A DNA stretch of 27,364 nucleotides from a virus (Duplodnaviria > Caudoviricetes): the IMG/VR virus record IMGVR_UViG_3300010366_000055, positions 1 to 27,364 of that record, one strand, 5' to 3'. A program made the position numbers and the translations under genes. The notes below the pieces were generated by a model, which worked only from the letters and a program-made list of their open reading frames with translations, had not been told where the DNA came from and made no database searches. This document shows positions 1-7,919 of this stretch, piece after piece (the stretch's first letter is position 1; the number at the start of each line of letters is the position of its first letter).

Positions 1-123
1 CACCTGCCCGGTGAGCGGGTCGACGTTCTTCCAGATCCAGGCGTTGTTTCGCCACGCCAGCGACTCGCCCACCGCGTCCCAGAAACAGAAGCGCGTCTGC
101 TGCCCGTTGGCCGGACCGGAGAA
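1..123. repeat. Terminal direct repeat, copy 1 (circular assembly overlap)
   Basis: 1-123 is identical to 27242-27364; the portal reading frame continues across the join. Confidence 0.97.
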
Positions 124-384
124 GAGCTTCGCCTGCCACACGGTCGGGCGCGCGATGCGCTCCACGCCCTCGCCCGAGTAGCAGCGAAGCCTGAGCCCTG
201 CCAGCGCTTCGGAGCGGATGCGGGCGGCACGGGTCAGCGCGGGGATGCCGCGCGCCTCGTCCTCGCCCGCCTGCGAGGCCTGGCTGCGCAGGCCCTGGTA
301 GCCCCACTGCACCATGTCACTCAGGGCGAAGGCGCGCTGCTCGACGGGGCGGAAGAAGCGCGGCAGGGCGACGGTGAAGCTCAC
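1..384 (-). CDS. Portal protein (HK97 family), 5' part; continues at 27241 on the circle
   Basis: GTG at 384 overlaps the upstream stop (GTGA); manual translation MSFTVALPRFFRPVEQRAF...RGIPALTRAARIRSEALAGLRLRCY...FWDAVGESLAWRNNAWIWK is in frame with ORF 26360..27313; about 421 aa in total. Confidence 0.9.
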   Translation of the reverse strand, partial: MSFTVALPRFFRPVEQRAFALSDMVQWGYQGLRSQASQAGEDEARGIPALTRAARIRSEALAGLRLRCYSGEGVERIARPTVWQAKLFSGPANGQQTRFCFWDAVGESLAWRNNAWIWKNVDPLTGQV

Positions 385-1043
385 ACCGCCACCCGTGCAG
401 GCTGCTCCAGCCCGAGCTCGTCGCGGCGGCGGTAGTAGGTGCGCTGCGCCTCCACGCGCCCGCGGCTGCGGCGCTCGGGCCGGTGCTCCAACTGCAGGCG
501 TCCACCCAGCTCCAGCGCCGGCCCGGCGCACAGATTGCGGCCGTGCATGTCCACGACCGTGTAGTGGTTGCCGTCGTAGCACAGTCCTGGCAGCGCGCGG
601 TACAGCAGGCGCATGGGCGCGCCCAGGCCGTCCGCGTCAGCGAAGGAGACGCTGGCGGCATCGCCGGAGAACTCGGCCAGGGCGCCCAGGTGCCCCATGG
701 CCGAGCGTACGAAGTGGTCGGCGTCGAAGACGAGCAGCCAGTCCTCGTCCGAGGCGGCGCTCGCGCAGGCGAGCCGCAGCGAGAAGGAGCGCTTGGCCAC
801 CTCGTCGCCCAGCCACGGCTCGCAGGGCACGTGCAGGGTCAGGCCCAGGCCGAGGCCCGCGCACGTCTCGGCGATCACCGCCCGCTGCACCGGCGGCGAG
901 GCGGCGCGGGCGAGCGGGTAGCTCTGGTAGGCGCCGTCGACGCATACGAGATGGGACACGTCCGCCGCCTTGAGCGAGGCGACCGCGCCCGCAAGCATGT
1001 CCGCCGGCTCGTCGTAGAAGCACATGACGGCGATCAGCCTCAT
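381..1043 (-). CDS. Glycosyltransferase-like protein (GT-A/GT2-like fold)
   Basis: Start ATG 1043 after GGAG, ATGA-coupled to upstream ORF; N-terminal LIAVMCFYDE...HLVCVDG and DWLLVFDADH (DxD motif) pattern. Confidence 0.65.
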   Translation of the reverse strand: MRLIAVMCFYDEPADMLAGAVASLKAADVSHLVCVDGAYQSYPLARAASPPVQRAVIAETCAGLGLGLTLHVPCEPWLGDEVAKRSFSLRLACASAASDEDWLLVFDADHFVRSAMGHLGALAEFSGDAASVSFADADGLGAPMRLLYRALPGLCYDGNHYTVVDMHGRNLCAGPALELGGRLQLEHRPERRSRGRVEAQRTYYRRRDELGLEQPARVAV

Positions 1044-1129
1044 TTCAGGCTCCAGATCAGCAGCACCACGATCCCGCCCACGAGCCCGGCGACGAACGCC
1101 TCCCAACTCCAGGTGAAGGCAATCACCAT
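1040..1129 (-). CDS. Small single-TM peptide (29 aa)
   Basis: MVIAFTWSWEAFVAGLVGGIVVLLIWSLK; overlaps the TerL stop and the next start, filling the gap exactly. Confidence 0.6.
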   Translation of the reverse strand: MVIAFTWSWEAFVAGLVGGIVVLLIWSLK

Positions 1130-2547
1130 GCGAGCGCGAACACCTCTGCCGGGGTCTCGACCGCGAAGGACACGGCCATGGCCAGCGCCACGGCGGCGTC
1201 GATCTTGGCCTGGCCGCGCCGCGGCTTCACCAGCCGCCAGCCCTCGCCGTGCTGCTTGGCGCCGGCGGCGAGCACGTGCAGCGTGAGCTCGCGCTGCCCG
1301 GGATGCTCGAGCCGGCGGCCGGAGATGGCGGCGGTGAGGCGCTGCGCCGCCTGGCACATGGGCGCCGGCTTCTGCGAGTAGGAGACGACGCGGGCGTCGA
1401 GCTCGAGGTCGATCTGCTGCGCCAGCTGCTCGCCCCCGTTCTCGGGATCGATGACGAAAGTTGGCCGGTGGTAGAGCTCGGCCAGGCGCTCCACCTCGGC
1501 CCACACCCGCGCGTACGGAGTGGAGGAGCCGTCACGGGGCGGGACGATGATGGTCGCCTCACCGACCACCAGCCTCTCCCCGTCCCGCCACAGCGGCACC
1601 AGCGCGGTCGTGTCCCACTTCCAGCCCAGGTCGATGCCAACGAACACGTCCTCGGCGTCTTCGGGGATGACCGCGCCGGCCGACTCGCACTTGCGCCACT
1701 CGTGGCCGGAGATCGCGCCCAGCTCGCCGAACACCCACACCCCGCAGGCGAAGCGCGCCCACTGCCACGGGGTCATGGAGGGCGAGTCGTGCCGCAGCCG
1801 CAGCGCCGCCGGCGTCTGCCACGGCGCCGGGTTGGCCGTCTTCACCAGCTCGAGGTCGTCGCGGTCCGCCTCCGAGTCCAGCGCCCACTCGTGCATGGAG
1901 AACGAGCGTGAGTGCACGTGCCGGTAGGCGCCCTTGCTCTTCATGCGCGGCAGCGCGTACGCCTGCTCGCGCAGCCGGCCCAGGGGCGAGTCGGGATCAT
2001 CGCCGGCGGTGGAGATGGTGATCATGCGCCCCTTGCGCGGGCCGAGGCCGTCGCGAAAGATGCCGTACAGGGCGTCGGACTTGTGCCGGTGCAGCTCGTC
2101 CACCAGGGCGAGTGTGGGGATGACGCCATCGGCAGTGTTCTCGTCCGCGGCCAGCACACGGATGTAGCCGTTGCCACCCAGCAGGTTGATGCGGCGGTAG
2201 CCCTTCTGCACCTCGAACGTGTGCTCGAGCTCGGAGCGGCGCACCAGGCCGGTTGCCTGCTCGTACAGGATGGTGGCCTGGTCGCGGCTGGCGGCGCCGA
2301 TCATGCAGGCGGCGGCGCCGTTGTAGTAGCGCAGGTGATAGAGCGCGAGCGCCGCCAGCAGCGTGGTCTTGCCGTTCTTCTTCGGGATGAGGATGAGCGT
2401 CTCCCGGCAGCCGCGGAAGTAGTCGGCCAGCATCACCTTCTGCTCCGGGTACAGCGTCAACCTCCTCCCGTCCTCGCGCACCAGCTTCCGAGAGAACTTC
2501 ACGAACCCGTCCAGCGTTTCCTCGACTGGCAGCGTCAGTTTTGCCAA
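1123..2547 (-). CDS. terL: Terminase large subunit
   Basis: Walker A LILIPKKNGKTT, Walker B LALVDELH, coupling motif ITISTAG, nuclease VGIDLG...KIDAAVALAMA; start uncertain (TTG 2547 preferred, ORF open to 2646). Confidence 0.95.
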   Translation of the reverse strand: MAKLTLPVEETLDGFVKFSRKLVREDGRRLTLYPEQKVMLADYFRGCRETLILIPKKNGKTTLLAALALYHLRYYNGAAACMIGAASRDQATILYEQATGLVRRSELEHTFEVQKGYRRINLLGGNGYIRVLAADENTADGVIPTLALVDELHRHKSDALYGIFRDGLGPRKGRMITISTAGDDPDSPLGRLREQAYALPRMKSKGAYRHVHSRSFSMHEWALDSEADRDDLELVKTANPAPWQTPAALRLRHDSPSMTPWQWARFACGVWVFGELGAISGHEWRKCESAGAVIPEDAEDVFVGIDLGWKWDTTALVPLWRDGERLVVGEATIIVPPRDGSSTPYARVWAEVERLAELYHRPTFVIDPENGGEQLAQQIDLELDARVVSYSQKPAPMCQAAQRLTAAISGRRLEHPGQRELTLHVLAAGAKQHGEGWRLVKPRRGQAKIDAAVALAMAVSFAVETPAEVFALAW

Positions 2548-2682
2548 AATACCCCGATTTGCAGGTATTTTCCGCGAAAATTTGGCGGGGTGTCGCAGCG
2601 CTTTCGCGCTGCATAAAAGACCCCCCCGTCGTTCGGCACTCCCCACCCGGGGTGGCTATGCCGCTGAACGACCATCAAAAAA

Positions 2683-2898
2683 TCAACCACCCCTAGGGTT
2701 GTGCTGCCGGCAGACGGCCATTACCTCGGACGTAACCAGCTCCGGCCCGGGAGTCAGATGGTGCACCTCGGTGGCCGGCCTGCCGCACCAACACAGGGGG
2801 TTGGCATTGAGGACATTGGCCCGATGCATACGCCAGGCATAGGTCGAGCCTCCATTCCAGCGTGCATGTGGCGAGGGGGGTGGGTAGCGCTCGATCAC
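2683..2898 (-). CDS. HNH endonuclease, packaging-associated (HK97 gp74-like)
   Basis: PLCWCGRPATEVHH...AVCRQHNPRG, directly upstream of TerL. Confidence 0.8.
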   Translation of the reverse strand: MIERYPPPSPHARWNGGSTYAWRMHRANVLNANPLCWCGRPATEVHHLTPGPELVTSEVMAVCRQHNPRGG

Positions 2899-3113
2899 TC
2901 CGCCACCGCGGAGGGATCGGTGCCGGGCATCGTTCCGCTTACACCACGAGTCTGAACCGGAACTCCGCGCAGTTGCCGCTTGTCTCCACTCATCCCGGCC
3001 TGAAAGGAGCGGCCGCTATCGAGCAGCGCCTGCTCGAGCACGCGCTGCTGCTCGCGCAGCATCGCTTGCCGCTCGGCAACGCGGTAGCGCGGAAGTAGAT
3101 GTCCCTCTTCCAT
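2895..3113 (-). CDS. Hypothetical protein (72 aa), first gene after the putative late promoter
   Basis: ATG 3113 preceded by GGAGG; stop overlaps the HNH start (GTGA). Confidence 0.6.
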   Translation of the reverse strand: MEEGHLLPRYRVAERQAMLREQQRVLEQALLDSGRSFQAGMSGDKRQLRGVPVQTRGVSGTMPGTDPSAVAE

Positions 3114-3173
3114 CCCTCCTGCTCGTGTGGTCTGTGCGCCACGCTCCGAATGAGGGCGCACTACGGCGACGCG

Positions 3174-3203
3174 AAGATAACACGCCTAGCGGACGTTAGT
3201 CAA
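3174..3203 (-). promoter_or_regulatory. Putative sigma70-type promoter for the packaging/structural operon
   Basis: TTGACT-N18-TATCTT with TGn extended -10 on the minus strand, in an intergenic gap. Confidence 0.55.
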
Positions 3204-3343
3204 GCAGTGCGCCGCTCGAAGCTGAGAACCAGCGCGGCGAGACCCACTGCAGCGCCCGTGGCCAGAATCACCCACGCGTGGTAGGCGTGGTAGTCGACGG
3301 CCGTCAGCAGACAGATGGAGCCGATGAGAAGTAGCTTTTTCAT
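3200..3343 (-). CDS. Small membrane protein (47 aa)
   Basis: Manual translation MKKLLLIGSICLLTAVDYHAYHAWVILATGAAVGLAALVLSFERRTA; two hydrophobic segments. Confidence 0.55.
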   Translation of the reverse strand: MKKLLLIGSICLLTAVDYHAYHAWVILATGAAVGLAALVLSFERRTA

Positions 3344-3611
3344 GTCGCAATCGTGTCACCTTGCGTCCTCGATCGCCTGACCAATCTGGGTCATAGTCGG
3401 CGAACCCGCTTCCGTCGACGCTCGAGGCGAAACTGTTCGTACACGCCGACCATGAGCAGGCGCACCCGCTCGCGGTCGCCGTAGCAGGCGACCAGCAGCC
3501 GCCGGCGCATGCAGTGGTGGCAGCGGCACGGGCGCACTCACTTGCGCCGCTTTCCGTACACGTACAGGAGCGTGAGGACGACCAGCACTTCCGTCATCGC
3601 CCACCACCAGC

Positions 3612-4166
3612 TCACAGCGGCGCCAGGTCGTGCACGTTGTAGCGGTGGTCGTTGAGAGCACGCTCTGAACGGAAGCCGACACTGCAGATGTGACACTCCC
3701 ACGGTCTTGACTTGTCCCCGGGGCGGGCGCTTTTAGCGAGCCCGCCCGGTACAGAACCTTCGTAAGAAGGTTCTGTAGGGGCGCTACCCGCGGAATCCGC
3801 CGCGACTCCGCCGCGACCTCCGCGTGGATTCCGCGCGGAATTTGGATATGACTGAGCACGCTTGCGCTCGCGGTCTTTACGGCGTTTTGCCTTTATTTGA
3901 GCGGCGGAAGCGTTCCATTCGAGGTAGTCGTGAATGACCCATCCACCCTCGACCTTTTCCCACAACCCGGCCGAAACTAGCGTGGAACTTAGACGCTGGT
4001 TGTGCCCTAGGTTTCTCCAAACTTTGGACAAACTTGGAACAAACCCGTCGGTGAGATGTGCCGAGCAGTAGCACAGAGCGGCTACGTGAAGATGGAATGC
4101 AGCGTGTGACAGCCCGACGATTTTCGGGTTGTTACAGAACTTGTCGTCAAGCGCCAGATAGGGCAC
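3612..4166 (-). CDS. Putative replication initiator (actinophage RepA-like N-terminus) with C-terminal C2H2 zinc finger
   Basis: MPYLALDDKF..NPKIVGLS.AAF.L...ALCYC...LTDGFVP...LVSAGLWE...GWVIHDYLEWN; C-terminal CHIC-x12-HRYNVH. Confidence 0.7.
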   Translation of the reverse strand: MPYLALDDKFCNNPKIVGLSHAAFHLHVAALCYCSAHLTDGFVPSLSKVWRNLGHNQRLSSTLVSAGLWEKVEGGWVIHDYLEWNASAAQIKAKRRKDRERKRAQSYPNSARNPRGGRGGVAADSAGSAPTEPSYEGSVPGGLAKSARPGDKSRPWECHICSVGFRSERALNDHRYNVHDLAPL

Positions 4167-4434
4167 GCAGCACCTCCTGCAGACCGAGCCGTTGCGGCCC
4201 CCACGGCTCGTGTTCGACGCTGAGCCCGTGCTCGCGCATGTGGCACCAGCGGCACAGCAGCTCGAGGTCTTCGGGCAACTCCCGGGTCAGCCGCTCGTAG
4301 GTGCGATGGTGAACGTGTAGGCGGTCGACCACGCCGCATCGCTCGCAGCGATAGCCACGCGCCCGAATGAGGGCAGCCTTGCGTGCAGTCCACCAGGGCG
4401 AATGCAGATAGGCGTAGTAGTCGAACTCGCTCAC
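4147..4434 (-). CDS. HNH endonuclease (95 aa)
   Basis: Y..YL.SPWW..RK...YRCERCG...LHVHHRTY...EDLELLCRWCHMREH; real start is probably GTG 4434 inside the long track ORF. Confidence 0.85.
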   Translation of the reverse strand: MSEFDYYAYLHSPWWTARKAALIRARGYRCERCGVVDRLHVHHRTYERLTRELPEDLELLCRWCHMREHGLSVEHEPWGPQRLGLQEVLRALSGA

Positions 4435-4499
4435 GGTCGCCTCGGAATGCGCGCATCCCAGCCGTCGATAACGATCCAGCGTTCGTCCACACTCACGCT

Positions 4500-5414
4500 T
4501 TACACACCGGCCAACAGTGAGAGCTGGCCCTCGGCCGCGCGCAAGTTCTCGCATGCGGTAGCAAAGTAGGAATCCTTCAACTCGATGCCGACGAACTTCC
4601 GACCCTGCTTCAGAGCGACGTGCCCCTCGGAGCCGATGCCAGCGAAGGGCGAGAGGACGAGGTCGCCAGGATTCGACCACAGCTTCACCGCCCGCTCGAT
4701 GACGCCCAACTGCAAGGGCGCGATGTGGCGCTCGTCCTTCTCGCTTCGAGCGACCGCCACATTGAGCACGTCCGTCTCGCGGATGCCGCCGGGATAGTTC
4801 TCGCCCGCCCGGTACCACACAGGCGCAGCCCACTCGATCCACTCCTCGTCCGTGATCCAGCCTTCCTCGTTTTTGTACCGCTCGGAGAGACCGGCGCGGA
4901 TGGGCTCGGGGTTCTCGCCTGGCTTGCGAAACTGGAGCAGGTAGTCCGCCAGAGCCATGTGCATCCGGCTCGAGTCCTGCGCCAGCGTCTTGAACAAGAG
5001 ACCCTGGTCTTTGGTACGAATCGCCTTGACCTGCGGATCCTTGTCGATCGTGACCTCGCCGTAGTAGACGAAACCACCTTCCTCCATTGCCCGAATTACC
5101 TCGCCGCGAAAGTCGCGCAGGCCGCTCACGCCGTCCAGGTACTTCACCCGCACGCTCTGACACAGGTGGACGCAGCAGGAGCGGCCGGGCATGAGCACGC
5201 GCAGCAGCGAAGGGATGAGAAACGTGTAGTGCGCGATGAACTCCTCGATCGAGCGTGTATTGCCCATGTCGCGCTCGGAATCGGTGTACACGTACATGCC
5301 CGGGAAGGGCGGCGAGAAGATGGACAGCCCAACGCTCTCGTCCTCGACTTCCGCTATCCGCTCGACGCAGTCTCCGAGCATGAGCTTCCACCCGTGTCCC
5401 TGCTCGGCGCTCAC
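4500..5414 (-). CDS. DNA methyltransferase, N4-cytosine/N6-adenine family (beta order)
   Basis: LGDC, catalytic SIFSPPF near the N-terminus, SAM-binding VLSPFAGIGS and GIELK near the C-terminus. Confidence 0.92.
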   Translation of the reverse strand: MSAEQGHGWKLMLGDCVERIAEVEDESVGLSIFSPPFPGMYVYTDSERDMGNTRSIEEFIAHYTFLIPSLLRVLMPGRSCCVHLCQSVRVKYLDGVSGLRDFRGEVIRAMEEGGFVYYGEVTIDKDPQVKAIRTKDQGLLFKTLAQDSSRMHMALADYLLQFRKPGENPEPIRAGLSERYKNEEGWITDEEWIEWAAPVWYRAGENYPGGIRETDVLNVAVARSEKDERHIAPLQLGVIERAVKLWSNPGDLVLSPFAGIGSEGHVALKQGRKFVGIELKDSYFATACENLRAAEGQLSLLAGV

Positions 5415-6694
5415 GTCGCAGCCACCATCTCGGCGAACATCTCCTCGGCCTGGGTCTGCTTGCGCTGAATGTTCTGGAGCACGGTTTCCTCCCTCCGTGA
5501 AGCGATGATCAGCACCCGGACAGGGCGGGTCTGGCCGAAGCGCCAGCAGCGGCGGACGGCCTGGTAGAACTGCTCGAACGAGTCCGAGAGGCCGACGAAG
5601 AGCACGTTGGGGCAGTGCTGCCAGTTGAGCCCCCAGCCGGCGATGGTCGGCTTGCTGACGATCACCCGCGCCTGCCCGTTCGTGAAAGCGGACAGGCGCT
5701 TCGCCTTCACATCGGGATCATCCGCCCCCTTGACCTCAAGCGCATCAGGGATCGCCCGGGCGAGGGCCTCGGATTCAGCATTGAGGTCACACCACACCAC
5801 CCATGGCTCCGAGGAGCAGTTGACGTACTGGGCGGCGAGGCTCACTCGCTCCGCCAGCGACTCTCGTCGAGCCTCCCGCCGCTCGGAAAGGGTGGAGACC
5901 GCGACCGAGAACAGCCGCTCGTCCGATACCGAGTCCGCATCGACATGCTCCACCTCGTAGGTAATCGGCGGCAGCCTGAAGCCATCCTCGGGATAGCCGA
6001 GGTCGGCGGGGGAACGAAGCGCCCGCGCCCATGAGTTGACCCAGGTCCAGAACGGCCGCCGGCCATGCCCCTTCAGGCGCCAATGTGCAGCGGAGAGCCC
6101 GTCGTTGACGAAGAACTGGGCCAGCATCTGCTTGCGAGACAGGATTCCGAGGAACTCGGCATGACCGCCGAGCTCCTCGTGATCGTTTGGAGAAGGTGTC
6201 GCGGTACAGCAGAGGCGATATCTGACCGTCGACCCGAAAGCGGTCAGCGCCTCGCGCGTCTTGCCGTCAAAGGCCTTCAGAATGGAGGATTCGTCCAGGA
6301 CGAGGCCCGTCCAGGGCAGTATCTTGAAGCGTTCGAGGCGCTCGTAGTTGGTGACGTTTATGCCCAGGTCAACGTCCTCCGCTTCGCGGCAGACGGTCAC
6401 ATGCACGCCACACTTCTCACCTTCACGTCGTGTCTGCTCGGCAACGGCAAGCGGAGCGAGAATCAACACCTTGCCGCCCTTGTTGCGCCACACATTCTCG
6501 GCCCAAGCGAGTTGAATCAGAGTCTTGCCTAGGCCGCAGTCGGCGAACACGGCCCCTCGGCCCCACGCCAGCGATGTCTCCACCAACTCACGCTGAAAAG
6601 GAAAGAGAAGTTCAGGCATGGTGACGATCTCGACACGCTCACCTGCCCTAGGGGCTCGCTTCTCGGCCAAAAAGCGCTCATAGGTCTGGGTCAC
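5411..6694 (-). CDS. SNF2-like (SF2) helicase
   Basis: Q motif FPFQ, FADCGLGKT, LDESS, TATPSPN, GLNWQ, QAVRRCWRFGQ; start GTG 6694 after GGAG. Confidence 0.92.
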   Translation of the reverse strand: MTQTYERFLAEKRAPRAGERVEIVTMPELLFPFQRELVETSLAWGRGAVFADCGLGKTLIQLAWAENVWRNKGGKVLILAPLAVAEQTRREGEKCGVHVTVCREAEDVDLGINVTNYERLERFKILPWTGLVLDESSILKAFDGKTREALTAFGSTVRYRLCCTATPSPNDHEELGGHAEFLGILSRKQMLAQFFVNDGLSAAHWRLKGHGRRPFWTWVNSWARALRSPADLGYPEDGFRLPPITYEVEHVDADSVSDERLFSVAVSTLSERREARRESLAERVSLAAQYVNCSSEPWVVWCDLNAESEALARAIPDALEVKGADDPDVKAKRLSAFTNGQARVIVSKPTIAGWGLNWQHCPNVLFVGLSDSFEQFYQAVRRCWRFGQTRPVRVLIIASRREETVLQNIQRKQTQAEEMFAEMVAAT

Positions 6695-6870
6695 TTCTCC
6701 GCTACCCACTTGCCCGGCGGCTTGACGGACGGGCGCGGAAACGGCTGCGGCGGATACACCGCGCAGTACACGCACACATTGCGGCCGGGTGCTGCCTTCC
6801 ACAAGGGCAGCAGGCGCCCACACAAGTCGCAGCCGTACTTCTCAGCAAGCTTGGGATCAGACGACCGCAC
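6691..6870 (-). CDS. Small Zn-ribbon protein (59 aa)
   Basis: Manual translation MRSSDPKLAEKYGCDLCGRLLPLWKAAPGRNVCVYCAVYPP...; two CxxC pairs; stop overlaps the helicase start. Confidence 0.55.
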   Translation of the reverse strand: MRSSDPKLAEKYGCDLCGRLLPLWKAAPGRNVCVYCAVYPPQPFPRPSVKPPGKWVAEK

Positions 6871-7273
6871 GGCGCGCCTTCCATCTGTGCCATGCGGCCC
6901 GCTTGCAGATCAGGCAGCAGCGGGCGCCGCTCTTCGTCCGATACAGATTCTCACCGGAGAGCGGATGTCCTCGAGGACAGTGGGTCTTGCGAGCATTGAC
7001 GGCGCTGAAGCTCTCTCCGCGTCTCAGATTCTCGCCCAGGGTCACCGGCTCCAGATGCTCCGGATTGACGCAGTGCCGCACGCGGCACAGATGGTCGAGA
7101 GTCAAACCCTCGGGAATCGAGCCGACGAACAACTCGTACGCGACGCGATGAGCGAGGGTCTCGTTGTATCTCCCGTATCCGCCTCTGCTTTGCGAGCCGC
7201 GCCAGAGCCAGCAACCGCCAGGCCCGGACTTGTCGATACGAGACTTGAAATGCGCGACCTGGCGCCGTCTCAT
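6857..7273 (-). CDS. HNH homing-type endonuclease
   Basis: CWLWRG...GYG...AHRVAYELFVGSIPEGLTLDHLCRVRHCVNPEHLEPVT..EN..RG; C-terminal KTHCPRGH...CLIC. Confidence 0.92.
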   Translation of the reverse strand: MRRRQVAHFKSRIDKSGPGGCWLWRGSQSRGGYGRYNETLAHRVAYELFVGSIPEGLTLDHLCRVRHCVNPEHLEPVTLGENLRRGESFSAVNARKTHCPRGHPLSGENLYRTKSGARCCLICKRAAWHRWKARRAVV

Positions 7274-7341
7274 TCCGGCTTCCACAGCGGCAGCACGTAG
7301 CCGCACAGCCGGCAGGAGAACTCGTCCGCCGGTCGACGCAT
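7270..7341 (-). pseudogene. Truncated 5' Zn-ribbon gene fragment (23 aa)
   Basis: MRRPADEFSCRLCGYVLPLWKPE resembles CDLCGRLLPLWK of 6691..6870; its stop overlaps the HNH ATG. Confidence 0.5.
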
Positions 7342-7919
7342 CAACTCGTCGCCTTTTCGTAACGGTCGGAGGCGTTACGAAAAGTCACTACTGCGGACGG
7401 AAACGGAGCCGAGTTCTTGCCCTCTCCGAAACTGAGCCGACCGCGCAAAAACTCGATTTCTCCTCGCATCGCCCACTCGTGCCACCAGCGCGTGTCCGTT
7501 CGTGCGGGCACTAGGCACACGACCACCTCGCACCCGTTCTGTGCCGACTCCCACGCCTTCCGCACCCATGCTCCGATGGGTGGGCCGTAGGGCGGGTTCA
7601 TGAACACGCGCCCCGTCCACTCCTGCGCGAGCCCGTCGTCGGAGCGAGTGAAGTAGCGCTCGCACTTCGCACTCTCGGCTGTGGCGCACGGATCGAGATC
7701 GAAGGGGCCGAAGCGCTCATCCAGGTGCGCGAACAGCGCCGCCGGCGTTGCCCAATCGTCCGAGCGCGAGGAGCCGAAGACTTCCCGCGTCGTTCGTAGA
7801 CGTCGGTTGCGCTTGCGGTATGACTTTTGCCGACAGCGATTTGAGCAGGTAGTGCGCCACCGTCCACTACCCGGCGGCTGCTCGATCGGCTCATGACAGA
7901 CAGCGCAGACGCGCCTCAC
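7341..7919 (-). CDS. Phage Dam-type DNA N6-adenine methyltransferase with N-terminal Zn-binding segment
   Basis: SS.SDDWATP, FDLDPCA, DDGLAQEW, VFMNPPYG, LVPARTDTRWW, APFPSA; N-terminal CAVC...CSNRCRQ; start GTG 7919 or ATG 7931. Confidence 0.92.
   Translation of the reverse strand: MRRVCAVCHEPIEQPPGSGRWRTTCSNRCRQKSYRKRNRRLRTTREVFGSSRSDDWATPAALFAHLDERFGPFDLDPCATAESAKCERYFTRSDDGLAQEWTGRVFMNPPYGPPIGAWVRKAWESAQNGCEVVVCLVPARTDTRWWHEWAMRGEIEFLRGRLSFGEGKNSAPFPSAVVTFRNASDRYEKATS

Noticed and set aside
1-123. End repeat as a biological direct terminal repeat
   Set aside because: It falls mid-portal and its size fits an assembler overlap; physical ends are more plausibly near HNH-TerL
4431-4490. 19-aa ORF MDERWIVIDGWDARIPRRP coupled to the HNH start
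   Set aside because: Could be a gene remnant but is too short to support a call
4630-4665. SPFAG instead of DPFxG in the MTase SAM-binding motif as a sign of inactivation
   Set aside because: The rest of the motif set is intact; a single substitution is not evidence of loss
4147-5391. 414-aa ORF suggesting a large HNH fusion
   Set aside because: Only the last 95 aa are HNH-like; the rest shadows the methyltransferase
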